Assembly (NCBI GenBank): GCA_965237955.1
Contig: OZ250169.1
Coordinates: 2,784,001 to 2,848,000, forward strand
Source: Candidatus Marinacidobacterales bacterium
Lineage (GTDB): Bacteria > Acidobacteriota > Vicinamibacteria > Marinacidobacterales > SMYC01
DNA length: 64,000 nucleotides
Direction of reading: 5' to 3'
Part shown: in pieces, positions 62,342-64,000 of the stretch
How positions within the stretch are numbered: position 1 is the first letter of the stretch
Layout of the letters: each line of letters opens with the position of its first letter
The notes under the pieces: generated by a model
Told to the model about the DNA's origin: nothing
The model's input: only the letters and a program-made list of their open reading frames with translations
Databases searched by the model: none
Position numbers and translations under genes: made by a program

Positions 62342-62543
62342 GGATCCTGCGAACAGACAAGATTCCGAGCGAATGCGAGGGCATTGACGAAAGCGGGCAC
62401 AATATTTGAGAGCAGACGCAAGAGCAAACCTTTCCACGCTTACAATGACGTCGGATCACCTCATCCGTTCGCCGCGAAACGGCCAATCCTGGCAGGTCTA
62501 AACTGCAGAATCAACGACGGATCGAGTTTTTGCGGAGCACAGG

Positions 62544-63110
62544 TCGTCGCTGTGGATTTCTTCAACGTAGTCACCGTCAGCTTTCGCGTGCTTTACGTCT
62601 TCGTCATCATGGAAATCGGCACCTGCAAGATGCTTCACTTCAACGTAACGGCGCATCCGACCGCGGAGTGGACGTTGCAACAGTTCCGGGAGGCGATTGG
62701 GTGCGAGCACGACTATCGATTCGTCATCGCGGACCGCGATGACAAGTTCTCAGCAGACATCCGCCGCTCCGTCCGGGGGATGGGTGTTCGGCCGTTGAGG
62801 ACGCCGCGCAGAGCACCGCAGGCGAATGCCTACTGTGAGAGACTCATCGGCACCACACGCCGGGAGTGCTTGGATTTTCTGATACCGCTGTCAGAGGAAC
62901 ATCTTCGCCGACTCTTGACCAAATGGCGTGAGTACTACAATCGGGCGAGACCACATTCATCGCTCGGCCCATGCCTTCCCACCCCCTGTGTCGAGCTTCC
63001 GATGAAACCGGGACCAGCACCGACATCGATTACCCGCCCAGCGCGTCGTTGCCTCGAGGCCGGTCCTTGGTGGGCTCCATCACGATTACCGGTTGTCACG
63101 CGTCGCCTGA
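62544..63110 (+). pseudogene. rve/integrase-core transposase, catalytic and C-terminal part
   Basis: AVDFF, HPTAEW, DRDDKF, PQANAYCERLIGT.RRECLD, YYNRARPHSSL; frameshift before LGGLHH.Y. Confidence 0.85.
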
Positions 63111-63326
63111 CTGAGCTAGCCTCTCGCGGTGAATAATGCGTTATTTCTTGAGCACGTTATTGCGTCGGTGGCTCGGCGGCGACAGCGTGCAGAATTTCCA
63201 CCAAGACGAAGACGAGTCGGCAGGACGTTGCTCTCATGGCTGTCTGCCCGTCGATACGCGATCCTCTTTTTTGCAGATCACACGTGTACCAACGCTTGAT
63301 GGCAGAAGCACCGATTAGAGCCTGTC

Positions 63327-64000
63327 CTATCTTCGGCGGGCAAGGTCTTCGTCGAGCCAACTCATTCGTTCGACGATCCACTGTTTCAGGTAGTCGACTT
63401 CCTGTTGGTAGGACACCAAGCCCACGAGGCCCGGAGGTTCGCGCCATATCTTGTCGCCGATGGTGGGCCAATACCCGAAGTTTCTCTTCTGTGCCTCCTG
63501 TAAATCTTGAGCCATCTCATCCACGCTTTGGAGAAGGGTCCTGGTTCGAAAATGGCTCTTCCTCAAGTCGAACCACCGCTTGTTCAAAATCCGTTGAAAA
63601 TCGGCGTCTTCGAAGAGGACGCGCCAAAAGAGGTCATGTTTCTTGACAAACCACCCACCGGCCAGATCCCCCCTCCACTTTGTGGAGTTCCCAAAGGATT
63701 GGTCGAAATCCCATGCCGGTCCAGCTTTCAATTTCGCGGAGCGATCCTTGTGGAAAAAACTGCTATAGACGTACGCGTCGACATTTTTCGTTACCTCCTG
63801 GATGAGCATTTCATCCACGAAACTGTCGATGTCGATCCATCCTGAATACTGCATGATGAGAGCCCCAGAGTTGCTCTGACGCATGAACTCCCGGAAACGG
63901 CCATCGTACGTTTTGATGTACTCGACCTGCTCGTTGCGGGCCCGGTCGGGTCGGGGATAAATCAAGTTGAGAGCATTCTGGCCCGAGACGCCACCACGTT
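63327..64000 (-). CDS. CotH-family kinase (C-terminal part, runs off window end)
   Basis: IDIDSFVD, EVTKNVDAY, GPAWDFDQSFGN, YLKQWIVERMSWLD. Confidence 0.85.
   Translation of the reverse strand, partial: RGGVSGQNALNLIYPRPDRARNEQVEYIKTYDGRFREFMRQSNSGALIMQYSGWIDIDSFVDEMLIQEVTKNVDAYVYSSFFHKDRSAKLKAGPAWDFDQSFGNSTKWRGDLAGGWFVKKHDLFWRVLFEDADFQRILNKRWFDLRKSHFRTRTLLQSVDEMAQDLQEAQKRNFGYWPTIGDKIWREPPGLVGLVSYQQEVDYLKQWIVERMSWLDEDLARRR

Overview
GC-rich bacterial chromosome segment, most likely Acidobacteriota (inferred from the RpoA N-terminus [12 protein letters not shown] and the gene context). Bases 1-35 kb are mostly core chromosome: the end of the spc/alpha operon (secY to rplQ), an EF-G paralogue, a PilMNO-like operon, an aminotransferase/glycerate dehydrogenase pair, dprA-topA-trmFO ... 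xerC, an NrtR-regulated pncA-pncB NAD-salvage operon and three Ser/Thr kinases. A block with a methyltransferase-HNH fusion gene and a broken IS1595 transposase is inserted after trmFO. Bases 36-64 kb are an extremely fragmented mobile and defence region. It holds a type IIG restriction-modification gene split into two out-of-order pieces, an HNH nuclease, a probable helicase tail, and two diverged copies of a large serine recombinase module. It also holds IS5, IS256, IS3, IS200 and IS630 elements or remnants, several MITEs, and about 29 termini of four families of TGT-ended rve-integrase (IS481-like) elements that appear to insert into one another. Translation and topoisomerase genes are intact while many accessory genes carry stops, frameshifts or IS-associated deletions, which suggests early genome erosion. 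No rRNA, intact tRNA or CRISPR array was found. All family assignments come from motif recognition by eye; no database searches were run.
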